NCBI GenBank assembly: GCA_964035545.1
Contig: OZ037768.1
Span: forward strand, 2,140,741-2,204,740
Direction of reading: 5' to 3'
Length of the DNA: 64,000 nt
DNA from: Bugula neritina
Taxonomy: Eukaryota > Animalia > Bryozoa
The notes beneath the pieces are model-generated. The model worked only from the letters and a program-made list of their open reading frames with translations. It made no database searches and was not told the origin of the DNA. A program made the position numbers and the translations under genes. This document shows positions 50,821 to 64,000 of this stretch, piece after piece; the first letter of the stretch is position 1; each line of letters opens with the position of its first letter.

Positions 50821-51777
50821 GACTGAATTCTAAAGTAAAGCATTTTCTAGTTGCTGCAATGAAATTAGCTCTATTTACAATTAGATTTATATCAATCATA
50901 AATGTAAAAAGAATTTACTTTTGGTGTGCAACCTAAATTATTCTTTTTTTCTGACAAATCAGGGTGTTTAACTCTGTTTAAGACAGTTTATTCCTCAAGT
51001 TATTTTCTTTTTTAATTAAAAATTTTTTCCGTCTTAAATGTTCTTAATTGTAATGATTCTATTTTATATTCTCGTTCTACCATTTTTTCTCTGACCAACT
51101 GTCAACAATGCTGGAAACTGTGCACTCTATTTGAAATTAATAATAACATGCTGTGTTTATAGTGACTAAGCTATTTTAAATTTATATGGTGACATTGTGG
51201 TATTAAATTCATTATAGTATGTCTATCAATTTCAACATAAAGCTATATTGGCTGTGACTTAAAGCTGCTGAAATACTATTGTTAAGCAAAAACAAAGCAA
51301 GTCAAGTAAGATTTGATGCATTTACTTATTTTAGCTGCTCATATTAGTGTGCTGTTGAAACCTAAAAAATGCTATAAAAAGTATGTTTTATTTTCTAATC
51401 AATAAATCATTTTGCTACTAGTAAACTGACAATAGTTAACAAACTGACAACTAGTTACAATTACCTTTATGAAATTATAAATACTGAAGCAACATGTTTC
51501 ATACTAACTTTGATATTTTTGTAATTGCTTTTTATTTTTGTAGAATTGTTTCTGTGCTGTGCTCAACCAGCTGCTATTGCAGAGCTTTTGGCCACCTGTC
51601 TGATACACCTGGTTGGTTTATAGCCTGAGATCAGGTCTAAAGGTATATTACAACATTCAATTTATGGGTAGTTGCCAGCAAATTCTGGATATATTGAGGA
51701 AACTATAAATCAGGATATGCCATTTGAACCGCCAGTTGCAAGCTGTGCGGTCTACATGCTGGAAATCTTGGAGAATT

Positions 51778-54700
51778 ATGGGTAAACTAAAGTCTTTTCG
51801 AATTATTCTATCATCTGAAGAGCCGGCGTACTACCCCGGTGATGTAGTGCAGGGCCAGTGCGAGATACAAATAACGGAAGGAGAGTTCTCTATTAAATCT
51901 CTCGCTATAACACTGAGAGGCTACACTAAGGTTCACTGGACCGAATCGAGAAATGTTGGGGCCCGTCTTGGACCCTACACTCAGCATTTCATGGCCGGCA
52001 GTGAATATATGAAAGAGAAAAAGATTCTGGCTCATCCTACTATGGGTAAGTTCAGTTTCCTAGATTCTATGTTGTTAGCATTTGTTTCCAAATATATTTT
52101 TCATATGAACATTTCATAAACATGTAATTTTCATTATATATCATTACATGCTGGGGATAATAGTGTTTCTGGTATGATTGCATGCTGTGTTTTGTAAGGT
52201 TTTGGAGAGTTATGATTTTACATGATTATGGCTAAATTTTTGAAACTTACACCTAATAAGTTGCCGTATTTTTAAAGGTATATATTCACTGTAATGCTGA
52301 GAGTTTTATTACCATACTAATGTAATTATTATGCTATTGTATTGTTCATACATTGTATTCTTTGATCATACTTCTTAATATCTAGCATGCCATTTTTTGG
52401 GTTTGTGTTTCAGGAGCGGATAGAGTCACTTTCAGGGAGGGTCTACATACTTGTCCATTTTCTTTTACTATCCCATCTACAGGGTAAGTTTGAACATTTC
52501 CTAAAGCAGTTTTCATTTATGACTTCTTATTAGCATGATAGTTTTACTGCTACATGATTGAAATTAGACAGTAATATTGGAGTTGTGCTGTTTTAGCTCC
52601 CTTCCCTCCTCATTTGAGGGAAAGTATGGCAGTATTCGCTATTGGCTGAGGGCTGAGTTAAGTCGATTTCGAAGCAGGCATGAAAAATCTGACAAGACTA
52701 AGAAAACGATAGTTTTTCTGAACCCAATGAATATCACACTCAATGACTACCAGGTGAGGGATTCCTTCTGGAAGCCCATTATTATAGCACTTCAAAGCAC
52801 AAGGAACTGTTGAAATTGACAACATCATGGAATTCCTGCAATGTTTGGTTCTGTGCCAACTTTATGAGCTGTTTTTCATTTCTTTTCAGTGGCTTCAAAA
52901 CTATTTATTAGAAAATAAGTGATAGCTTTGCTCCCTGATCAATAGTCATAACAAATATAAGTTTATTGATCTGAACTTTGTAACTGCCAACTATGTGCCC
53001 ATTCCATAACCTTTCCAGCTCAAAATATGTCTATCATGTTCCTATTTAACCAGTGGTTAACTGGGCTGTTGGTAATATTGTCAGCTGTGTAGTTTCTAGA
53101 ATTATTATTCTATACCAGCCCTCATAATAGTTCGTATTGTTATGGCTCTTTATTAGTCACAATGGGTGTGGCTAGAAATCTGAAGCCGGGCTTTGGGTCT
53201 TTGACTTCTAGTAGGTGTAGGACTGTAGGTAGTAGGTGTAGGACTGTAGGTAGTAGGTGTAGGACTGTAGGTAGTAGGTGTAGGACTGTAGGTAGTAGGT
53301 GTAGGACTGTAGGTAGTAGGTGTAGGACTGTAGGTAGTAGGTGTCACAGTGTAGTGGCCGTGTAGTAAGACCTGTCAAGTATAAGAGTATATATGTTATA
53401 GGAGCCAGTAGAAAGTGCTGCTGAGAAGTCATTGTGCTGTGCATTCTGTACTGGTGGCTCTGTTTCCATCACGGCACAGACAGACAAGTCTGGATATTCA
53501 CCAGGTGAGTACAACTCCAGATACCACCATGTCTGTCACACTCTCCCAATCTCCATAACTCTGCTGATGTTAGTCGAGAGGCTGTTTAAGTCAATCGATA
53601 ATGATTGCATTTTCATGAAAATCTTTTTTCCATATAGTTTGATATGAAGTAAGTAATTATTTCAGATAAAATAGAACAGTATAAAGTTGATGACCTGCAC
53701 ATATTCAAGTATGGATTCTCTCCTCTCACACTCTCTGCTTTTTATATGAGTTAGTTTGTTACTTGTCTGCAGTAATCAATACTCCAATAGTACTGCTCTA
53801 CAGCTTTCTAATCATCAGCAAGTACTATATTATACTTTGTTATTGCTTATCGTATTAGTGCATTGGTTTACTGCTACTGCGGCAGCGTCTTGGGGAATTA
53901 AAAGTAGCATTTGCTGGCTTCCTTTATTCTTCATCACCGACTCTACTTTATTAGTAGATGAGCAGCAATGGTACAGTCATATTACTCAATACATTGACAT
54001 GTTCATATACAAAAGGAAGTTTGTGGAAACACAATGATTGCATTTTATTAGCTCTTTGCAAGTTTGTATCTATATACAATCATCTTATACATATATCAAT
54101 GAGGAACTACAAGGAAATACTACCCATGGACAAAAGGAAAGTAATGGGAATCTGAATGCCTGGCTACTATGTTGGAACACAGTTTTTTTTTCACTCCCAA
54201 TGATGGAGTATAAAGTTGAAGTTTTTTATATATTCTTGCAGAATAATAAATTTTATCCAGGGTGTTATGTGTAAACATTGATTGAAATTGCAAGAGCTCC
54301 ATGTTTTTTTACTAAACTTTTTAATAATTTTTCACTTTGTTTACCAACATTACAACTTTGGTTTCACTTGACTACACTGACTACAGCTGCAAGCTGGTTG
54401 GTCAGCTGCGAACATCATATTTCATAGGTCTAGACTTTTCGTCTAGCTGTGATATGCAAATGGCCAATTGTTAGGGCTGTGCGCAAGTGTCCCTCACGGG
54501 TCATTCTCTGAACTCATGCTAACTTCATTGCAGGCGACACAATACTCATTTCTGCTGAATTCGAGAACTTTACGTCTAGGAGGCTGTATCCCACTGCCGC
54601 TCTTTACCAAAGACAGTATTACTACGCCAATGAGCGGCAGAAGATGCGCACAGTTCAGCTCGTCAAATTCCAAGGTCGGCTTTTCTTTCAAACAAACTGC

Positions 54701-56624
54701 AGCACAGCATTAGCTTTTAGACTGACTGTTAGATAGTGTTTCCATTTAATTCATTTGGCATTTATCAGTAGGCTCTATCTGTTCCCACTAATTATTCTGG
54801 TATTATCATAATTATGTGGGCAGATAGGTAGCAATTATAATTCCTTAACAGCTATTCTAGACCTCAACCTGCAGTTTGTGTATAGTTATGTAATATATAG
54901 ATTCACATACAGTTGGCTAACCTCTTCCTTGTGTGTATATTCAGTAGCAGGATATTCTGCACACTAGTTCAAGTAACTATGGCAGCTAAAGAGAGAACAT
55001 TATTGGAAGCTGTACGCTTTTCCTTTGCGACAATTTTCTAGAGCTGATGTAGAGATCAGTGTTGTGTTGGTCACTTCTGAGGCCAGTAATGCTGCCTCGC
55101 TGACTTTTGCTTAACATTTGTAAAACTAAAACTTCGAATATATGTTTGCTTGTAGGCCCGTACTTATCGTCAAAGTGTAACAGTAGCTGGAGTAACGAGC
55201 AACTCACTATACCAAATGTAACTCCCTCTATTGCCAACTGTAGCATCTTGAGAGTTGTTTATTTTGTTAAGGTGAGTCACTGAGCCTCTAAACTGTACTC
55301 ACGCTGTGAAACTGCAACTGCAAATGCATATTTACTGTGTAATGTAGGACTGTGACTGTGTGATTTACACAGCTGAGTTGATTACAGATTGCCTTATGAA
55401 TATTACGTACATTAGTGTGTTTTTAGACGGTGAATAGGTGATAGTATTACCTCCATGTAATTATATACTTCTATTCAGTATGTGCCCTGAATATATATAT
55501 TATGTACTAGATATACTGTAGTCCATCTATATAATTATAGTTGACTATTTCAACACAATAATACAGTCTATTACATCTACTTATTAGTACACAGATGCAA
55601 TTACTATGAGGTATATTTTCAGGTTTCTCTACGTATTCCTGGGTCCATGAAGCTAGCCACTGTCCTTCCTGTTACCCTCGGTTCTAATATAGGTCTGGGC
55701 TATATGCTGATGCCGCCACCGTACTCATCTGCCGCAGGTGGGTTGGAGCCTTAATTATTCTCCTGTTGATGTTGGTTATAGGAATTTTATACAAATTCTC
55801 ACGCAAGTTTATAGTCACCATCCCTGTGAGAACACATGATGAAAAGGGTTTTTGTTAAATCGGGCTAAGGGCTTGGTCAGGTGGGGCACAGGAGCAATTA
55901 TGACTGGATGCTCTTCCTAACATCATCAATTGCCTTTACTGGGGTTCAACTCATGACTTAGTGTTTACTAAACCTAACGCTCTAACCTCTAGACCATGGC
56001 TGCTCTCTAATTTCTTTTATACAAATTATTTAATATTTATTTCTCATGTTTTCACTATCATCAAAACTAAAAAAAAATGTTTTTAATTTGAAATGATATT
56101 CAGATGTTGTTTATATTGTGATTGCTGCTAGAGCTGCCCAGCTATGACTACAACAGTACATCTGATGAGGACGAGGACTATCCTCACCCCCCTAACAGTA
56201 GGGCTCAGACCCCACCACCCTGTTATAGCGATATCTTTGACTCAGATTCAGTAAGTGTACTCACTTTTTACTCTAATATTCTCCAAGTGTTAGTGAAACA
56301 GCTACACAGTGTTTTCTTGCCTTTTCTAAGTTGGATGAAATTTGCATTATTATATTCCAGTGGCATTCTGGGAAATAGTTTTCAAATGATTCATTAGGAA
56401 ATAGATTTATATTTAGCTTGATATTTCAAAATATGTTTTTATTTTGCAGTTATTGAGGTGAAATGTGTGATTTGTTTTGCTAGATATATCATACTAATAG
56501 CGTTTTATATTCATCGCATGTGACATCACAGAACTTCATCTTTTTTGCTCAGGAGGATGACGAAGCTCTAGATGAGGCAGCAGCGCCAGCTGTCACTGAA
56601 GCTGACGTAGTTACCACGCTGTAG
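51778..56624 (+). CDS. Arrestin domain-containing protein (alpha-arrestin, ARRDC2/3/4-like), about 9 coding exons
   Basis: YYPGDVVQG, GYTKVHWTE, LPSSFEGKYGSIRYW, CCAFCTGGSVS..DKSGYSPGD, and C-terminal PPPY, LPSY and PPCY motifs. Exons near 51778, 52415, 52597, 53402, 54535, 55157, 55623, 56132 and 56553. Confidence 0.92.
53208..53345. repeat. 21-bp minisatellite (GTAGGTGTAGGACTGTAGGTA)n
   Basis: About 6 perfect copies, intronic. Confidence 0.95.
55798..56014 (-). mobile_element. tRNA-derived SINE with 13-bp target site duplication
   Basis: TTTTATACAAATT occurs at 55785-55797 and 56015-56027. The minus strand starts with a tRNA-like head (GCAGCCATGGTCTAGAGGTTAGAGCG...GAGTTGAACCCC), then a GGAAGAGCATCCAGTCATAA core. 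Confidence 0.75.
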
Positions 56625-58120
56625 CAGCTGCCAATGACTGCTCGGTGGTCACAATGTCTAGGTGGTCACAATGTCTAATCGCAATATCAAAATTATTTAT
56701 TTATCGGTAGATAAAATTCTTGGCCTTTTGACGCAGTTGATTTACAAGTTTACCGATTTCTACTTATAGTTGCCATGTTGTATATTTTTGTATATCATTG
56801 GTTGCACCAAAAATATTGATTTATTTAGTATTCTTTATTGCCTGTCAATCATTTATATTCCATTGGTGAATATTACCCTCGGATATAGGCCTCCAATCAT
56901 TGTTGTTCATCATTGTATATTTTCCAAAAAAATGTTTGGTTTCTTAGGCGTTAATTTATAATTTAATTTGAGATTACAAGATTTTGAGTATTTTTCATAT
57001 CGTGTGTTTCTTTATGATGCAAATATTTGTGTTTTTACATTTTTACATTGTTTATAATCTCTCAATCATACACTGTGTTATTAGTATTTATTGAAAACAT
57101 CTTTAACTCATCTGTACAATCGACCCGCTCATGATCTGTATAAATACAGTTAACAATAAACCTTTACACTAGTTTCACACATAATGCAGCGTTTGTTGTG
57201 CCTTATTAAAAAGTTAGAAACAAATAAAATTAATGTATAAAAGAATAAACAGAATACATACACATTTTATGTACACTTTCTCATTAAATATATTTAACAA
57301 ATTTATTGATGTAAAACTTTTAACATGTAGAAATGACAGCATACATCCACTAACTAATGTTATAACATGTCTTTTATTTTTCAGTTAGAAGTTATATAAC
57401 TAGTATAAATAATAGAAATGCAAGTTTCTTTTTAAATGGTCACCAACACAATATTATGGTTGGGATATTAACATCGCCAGTGTTTTTACAACGACATAGT
57501 TGCTAATATTTTCAATTACATATGAAAATCAACAGTTGGCAAAATATTTATTTAATTATACTTGAATTAGTTGAATATTTAACACAATGCATTTAAATAG
57601 CACAGCATAGGTATCAGGACAAATTACTAGAACTGGAGTTATCTTCTCTAAACATTGGTTGTGCATGAGCCACCGTGTTAGCCAATGAAAATACACGAGT
57701 TGTGACACTGGAAAGTGGGGAAACGCATTTTCGTGGGGCTTTTTGCACAAAGTATTGCAGAGAAAAAGCTTTTTATCAAACAGTACTGCCTAAAGTATCA
57801 GTATTATCTATTTTGTTAAATGATACCTATATTGTCTATATTCAAGAAACAACTAGAGTTATGTCTATGGTGCTTTTTAAAAGTAAAATCAACAAATAAT
57901 CATATTAGTATCATCACTTGTGAAGTGGAAGGATTTTGTCACGCCCACAGACATCTTATTACCCCGCCTATATCGAAACCGCGCATGGTTTGTACGTGGT
58001 GCAGGTTGCAAAAACTGAAAACACAGTACACCGTTGCACGCGAACACTGCCATTTCCCAACTGTTGTCAAATATTTTCTGCCATTTAGTCGCTCTTTCCT
58101 TTACTATCGACATTTCTATT

Positions 58121-61100
58121 ATGGATAATGAAGAGCACAGATCAACAAAAGTCTTTAGAGATTATTTGCGAATCAAATCAGTACAGCCAAAGCCTGATTA
58201 TGGTAAACTTAAAATCTAACTAAGTAATCAGTAATGACTAATGAGTAATGAGTAATCACAGTCACTGTAATCAGTAATGACAATCATTGAATCACAATGA
58301 GTAATGACTGAAATTACTAATGAATAAACTGTAAAAACTACTGACAAAAATCAAAGCCAAAGAGATTTAAACGAACAGTTTTCTAGCACTAGTTTTTTAA
58401 CGCCCAGGTCAAAGTAATACTAATACTAACAGTACAACTTACAATAAAAGTGAAAGCAAAACTTTATGAGTGAAACTGAATCAAAATGACTGAGACTGAA
58501 TCAAATTCAATCTCATTATAATTACCAAGACCATGAGGCGAAGCAAGTAGACGTAGTAAATCAGTATCAGTATGACTTATGAGTATGACTAAATATCTAT
58601 GAGTATGACTATGAAAAACACAAATGCACATTCACATTGCGGTTGTCATTTTTATTGTAATTTTAAGCATTATTAATATTAGCCCAGTCATTAGGTTTAA
58701 CAGTAACACTAAACTTGTCTAAGATTATTTACTATTAGGTTTGAACTTCAATGGTAATTTTTGATTAGTTTTACCTCTGGCCCTAAATCTAGGCTCTAAT
58801 TATTAACTATAAGTTTAGTAGGTTTAGTGATAGTCATATTCTGATAGAGTGGTTAGTCGTAGTCATAGTGATAGTGAAACTGATTGTAATAGTAATTTTA
58901 TCCTTGAGCACAATGATGATTGATCAAATTCAATTATGGCTATCAGTATCAGCAATAGTAAAACTAAAAGCTTATACCTATATTCAAACTTATAAGGCAT
59001 GATAAGCAACAGACTCAAAGTGAAAGTGCTTCAACGTTAAATGTAATGATTGCCTCAGTCAGTAAAATTTATTTTTAAGTTGAAACTCAGTAATTTTCGT
59101 AGCAATTAGTTCTAGTTATACTAACTAGTGGCTAGTGTTCTTTGCTTATACTACTTATAGTCAATGTTATAGTGATCACGAAAACATTTCACAAACATCT
59201 TGGCATTTCTCCTTTATTCATTTTGTGTTTTAGATGGTATTGTAAAGTTCTTGGAAAACTACGCAAAGGCAAATAAACTGCAGTGCAGGGTGCATGAGGT
59301 AGCTATAGCTAACAAAATATTTGATATGAGGAGTTATCCCTGACTTATACATGCAGCTGATATAATTAGCTGTGTTTGCTGACGCACACTATTGTATTTC
59401 AAGAGTGTATCAAACATTTTGACAGACATAATATTTTACGAGTGGAGTTTAAGATCACTCTGCTTAAGCATACTTTGCACTGGCTGAGGATTTGACCCCA
59501 GATAGAATTTTCTCCGCACAACCATAATATTCATGACGCTGTTGAAGAATAACATAATGAATTTACTGTGTTTTCAGGCATCTCCGGATCGGCCCATAGT
59601 TATCATAACAGTGGAAGGAAGTAACCCAAACCTACCCACTGTACTTCTCAACTCTCATTCTGATGTTGTGCCAGTATTTCCTGTGAGTAGAAGGAAATAG
59701 ACACCTCCTAGTTCGTTTAGTTCAACTTTGTGTGGCTGTATGGAGAGGCTGTTGGTGCATCTTGAAATTTCTCAACTGCCTTAAGTTGTAATTTTATTCA
59801 CCGTCTACTTTTAGTATAACTGGTTACTAGTATTATTCATATTGTTAGTACCAGTATCTACTGTTAGTATCAGTACTTACTGTTAGTATCAGTACCTACT
59901 GTTAGTATCAGTACCTACTGTTAGTATCAGTACCTACTGTTTGTAAAAGTATCTACTTAAATTTGCAGGACTCATGGAAATATGAGCCGTTTTCCGCTAC
60001 GAAGACTGAGAATGGAGATATATATGCAAGAGGCTCCCAGGTTAGCATATTTTTCTGCTAAGAGTGTGTTTATCATCACCGTGTTAGCGTCTATTAAGTC
60101 ATATTCATTCCCTGCTAACCATCTATTCATTGCTCCAGGATATGAAGTGTGTTGGCATTCAGCACCTGGAGTCACTGAGGGAGTTGAATGAACAAGGCGT
60201 GAAGTTGCTGAGAACTGTTCATGTATCTTTTGTACCTGATGAGGAGATTGGAGGTTAGTTTTGGGCAGCCTTTACTTCTTACCGTGTGTTTATATGCTGT
60301 CTAAACATTTTTTCTCCTAAACATAATACATTACACAATAAACTAAATGTTTACTTTCTCTACTTGAAGATTTTTTATATATTCATGCCAATTCTTCAGG
60401 AAAGTAAAATTTGGACAGTTGCTGCTTGAATTTGTTTAATATTGTGCATTTTCACATAAAGCGACAACCGGAGTTAGTAATAATCATGTTTCAAATTTTA
60501 GCTCTCCTCAAATACATAATGTTGTATTGAAAGCTTTTAGTTGTTGAATATTTTGTTTCATCACCGCTTTTAAAGTTAAATGAGTATTTCTTTCCCCAAT
60601 CTTTCTTACTGTGCAAGTATTTTGCCTTCCATACCTGTGATAGCCCGTGTTATCATAGTCTGTGCTTTCTGACAGGTGTCCTGGGAATGAAAACTTGGTG
60701 CAAAACAGAAGACTTTAAATCGCTAAATGTTGGATTTGCTATGGATGAAGGTTTGGCCAACCCTGGAGAAGAAATGAGAGTTTTCTACTCGGAAAGATAT
60801 TGCTGGTGTTAGTTACAGAATATAGAACTTTATATCAACGTACTGGTAGTAGTTGGGTCAAAAGCTAGTGAATACTCACGTTTAACTAGATGCCTTGTAG
60901 GTGTGTGTTGTATGATGTGTAATCGCTCAGGATAACTTGAATCCTAAGTAGATGTCAGTTTATGGTTTCAGTAGTGACCTACAAGAACTTTCTTTTATCC
61001 TTTTCAGGGGGATATTTTGTGGCTAAAGGAAACCCAGGGCATGGCTCTCAGTTTCTCCCAAATACAGTCGGACCAAAAATTGTAAGCGTTATTATACCTT

Positions 61101-63492
61101 TTGGTTAGTTACTGTTCTACTAGTTTTGTCAATTACAGGCTATGAAATATTGTTTGATATCATAATATTCTTAGGTAATTAGTATATTTTTGTACGAAAG
61201 ATAAATTTGCATTCTTTTTTCAGCACAAAATTATGGGGAAAATATTAGAATTCCGCAATGAGCAAGAGGCTAGGTAATCTCAATATACATTCTTGTAATG
61301 ATAGACTGACCAGCTTCTCTACATCCACTTTCAGTTTTGCTGTTTGAAAATCTATGTATTACTATAAAGAGTGTGTATATAACATACTGTCGTTTTAATG
61401 CCATGTGTCAGTGTGTGTCTAACAAGCACTGCCTGTGCCTGTCATCATCAAGTACTGACTGTAGGTTGTCTGCTAATCCAGATCTGATGCTAGGAGATGT
61501 GTCCACTATAAACATCGTAGGATTGAAGATAAGTATTTTTACACGACTAATCCCATTTCCTGTCTCTTACTTAAATAATAATGAAATATTCCGCTATCTC
61601 TCCACCGATAAGTTAAGAGATCCAGATAAATGCGTATCTTTTCTAGTTTCATTTCTTTAGTTATGAGTTCATGTCACTGAAAATCATTTTCTTCTTGGAG
61701 TTCTGTGGAACTCTAAACAGATGTGGTAACACAAAAAATAGATAATGCTTACAAGCTGCATGGATCACCATCTAATGCGTATTAATACCATACAGCACAT
61801 TGTACAGTCAGTTCTCTTTGTAAGGAGGTGTTCAGGGGAATGTGGTTCCTGAAGAACTGAGAGTACAGTTTGATCTGAGAGTAACTCCTAAGGAAGAGAA
61901 ACAAGTAGAGACGATGTTGGAAGAGTGGTGTGCCGAATGTGACGTTACTATTGATTATACACATGTAAGTGTATGCTGTAGGTACACTGTAAGTATGTGC
62001 TGTAAGTACAGTGTAAGTGTATGCTGTAAGTACATTGTAAATGTATGCTGTAGGTACATGTAAGTGTATGCTGTAAGTACATTGTAAGTGTATACTGTAG
62101 GTACATGTAAGTATATGCTGTAAGTACATTGTAAATGTATGCTGTAGGTACATGTAAGTGTATACTGTAGGTACATGTAAGTGTATGCTGTAAGTACATT
62201 GTAAATGTATATGCTGTAGGTACATGTAAGTGTATGCTGTAGGTACAGTGTAAGTACATGCTGTAGGTACAGTGTAAGTATATGCTGTAGGTACAGTGTA
62301 AGTGTATGCTGTAGGTACATGTAAGTGTATGCTGTAGGTATATATATATAATAGGTTCTAATAGCCTGGGTAACTTACTGGTTGTAGCAACAGAGAGAAG
62401 GAGGAGTAACGTCTACAGACCCTGATGATAAGTGGTGGAAAGCCTTCATGACTGCTATTGACAAATGGTAAATCAATGCTCTCTGCTGAATGGTGACGCG
62501 AAAATTTACATTTTCTTAAAAAATCAGAGATGTTTAGGTTTGGCTTTAGCAGCAGTTCGTAGTTGACTCCTAGAAGTGTACACTATATGAATAATTTGAT
62601 GTGACAAGCTGTGATCTCAGGTTTATGTTTATTATAATCACCTCTCTTGCTCTCTTTGCACTAATTTCGTTACAAGTTGGCAGCATAATAGAGTTTCCAG
62701 TTTACGCGATAAATATTCATTCATAGAAATTGTTTATTTGAAGACAGCGTGAACATTTCTCTATTATTAATTTAGGACTTTTATCTCAGCTTGTCAAGAA
62801 AAATACTGCTCTGGTATTTAAAATTTTTTGGATTGTTTTGTAGCGGAGTGAAGATTGTGAAAGAGATATTTCCAGCTGGCACAGACAGCAGATATTTGAG
62901 AGATGTACGTCTGCATAACTCTTATATAAATCTATACTATTCTATACTGTATAGCTCTATTCTATACTATTCTATACTATATACTCTATTCTATACTGTA
63001 TACTCTATTCTATACTGTATACTCTATTCTATACTGTATAACTCTGTTTTATACTATATAACTCTATTCTATACTATATAACTATAATATTCTATATTAT
63101 GCAATATACCTATGCAGTATATAATATGCTGTTATATTACCAGTACATTTGCACTGTGTTTTAACCTTCTATAAAGATGTTATGAAAATAGTATTTCTTA
63201 CTTACTAAAAGGCATTTCAGATAAATTATTTTGCCACTTGAGTTTGATTTTTCTCTAGTAGAAATATGTGTTTTACATGTAAATGTATTTCTCATTTTCT
63301 GTCTCTTGAGTTAGATCAGATAGATTGTATGTCTTGTTGTAGATCGGCCTACCAGCTATTGGGTTTTCACCCATGAACCATACCCCCATTCTACTCCATG
63401 ACCACAACGAGTATTTAAATGAGAAAATCTTCCTTGATGGTGTTCAAATATACAAAACCATCATTGAACATGTGGCCAATACACAGGAGTGA
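58121..63492 (+). CDS. ACY1: Aminoacylase-1 (M20A zinc peptidase family), about 13 exons
   Basis: [80 protein letters not shown] and [19 protein letters not shown]. Confidence 0.96.
59845..59940. repeat. 21-bp tandem repeat (TACTGTTAGTATCAGTACC-like)
   Basis: About 5 copies upstream of an ACY1 acceptor. Confidence 0.85.
61960..62340 (+). repeat. 23/24-bp minisatellite starting at an ACY1 5' splice site (ACAT|GTAAGTGTATGCTGTAGGT)
   Basis: About 16 units, each with GTAAGT-like and CTGTAG/CTGTAA sequences. Confidence 0.92.
62930..63100. repeat. Degenerate (CTATTCTATA)n minisatellite
   Basis: Seen directly in an ACY1 intron. Confidence 0.85.
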
Positions 63493-64000
63493 TATTGAAA
63501 ACAGTTAATATTACAACTGCACCATATTATATACTTCTGCTTTTTTATGCTTGCCAATAGCTATACATTAATAATCTGATAATAATCTAGTCCAAGTTTT
63601 ATTGTTCAGCATACATTTAAATGCTTCATTAAAGTCTTTTTTTACATTTTGACTAAATCAATTAGTATTTCTATATTATTTTATATTTAGGTGACAACAC
63701 ATCTACAATACAAAGAAAGCTTCATCATCATAGCTTTTGAATTGTGTTAGATTTATCTTCCCTTTCTCAACAATTTTCTAAACAGAAACTAATGGGTCAG
63801 CTGTTACTGGGTTTCGTCTGCACTAGACTTCCTGTGTTAGTTCTGATCAAATGCAAAACCACTAGGGCCTAGGCAATAAATGAATACTCATAATATCAAT
63901 ATACATGTATTTATTTATATGTACATATTATTTTGCAGTAGCTACAGTAATAACTAATCAAATGCAGTACTAATAGTGCTATTGATAGTCTGTATCACTA

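Noticed and set aside
52990-53170. Imperfect long foldback in an arrestin intron
   Set aside because: The stems are short and interrupted, with no TSD or RNA boxes, so neither a MITE nor an ncRNA can be supported.
53153-53444. ORF with TYSPTPT heptads resembling the RNA polymerase II CTD
   Set aside because: It is the translation of a perfect 21-bp intronic minisatellite antisense to the arrestin gene, with no splice or coding context.
54494-54691. Minus-strand ORF nested in the arrestin gene
   Set aside because: It overlaps a plus-strand arrestin exon (GDTILISAEFENFTSRRLYP...) that is needed to complete the domain.
8125-62340. Regular short repeats as possible CRISPR arrays
   Set aside because: They are head-to-tail repeats without unique spacers, in a eukaryotic intron context with no cas genes.

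Overview
AT-rich, intron-rich invertebrate (metazoan) genomic DNA; the species cannot be identified from the sequence. In order, the window holds: (1) the 3' end of a KHDRBS/Sam68-type STAR RNA-binding gene with alternative terminal exons and two intronic copies of an H/ACA snoRNA predicted to target 28S rRNA helix 69; (2) three tandem, intact ornithine decarboxylase (ODC)-family genes on the minus strand, named here ODC-C, ODC-B and ODC-A; (3) JMJD5/KDM8; (4) an orphan single-pass membrane protein; (5) a long TBC-like uncharacterised gene; (6) cyclophilin B; (7) an alpha-arrestin; (8) aminoacylase-1. The ODC cluster is the most interesting part. ODC-A is canonical ([28 protein letters not shown]). 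Its leader holds a spliced, non-AUG uORF ending EEPPWQPS*, the polyamine-sensing uCC type. It also has a very recent RT-deleted Gmr1-like LTR element in an intron. ODC-B and ODC-C keep the PLP-binding machinery but have replaced the ornithine-binding acidic residues (D332->K, D361->N; C360->A in ODC-C). They have also lost the uORF and share a new TATA promoter. This suggests new-substrate decarboxylases and/or an independently evolved antizyme inhibitor. Other oddities are a candidate AT-AA intron in ACY1, tandem arrays of 5' splice sites, and promoter-proximal low-complexity tracts. All exon structures and alignments were read by eye; residue numbers follow human ODC1 from memory.
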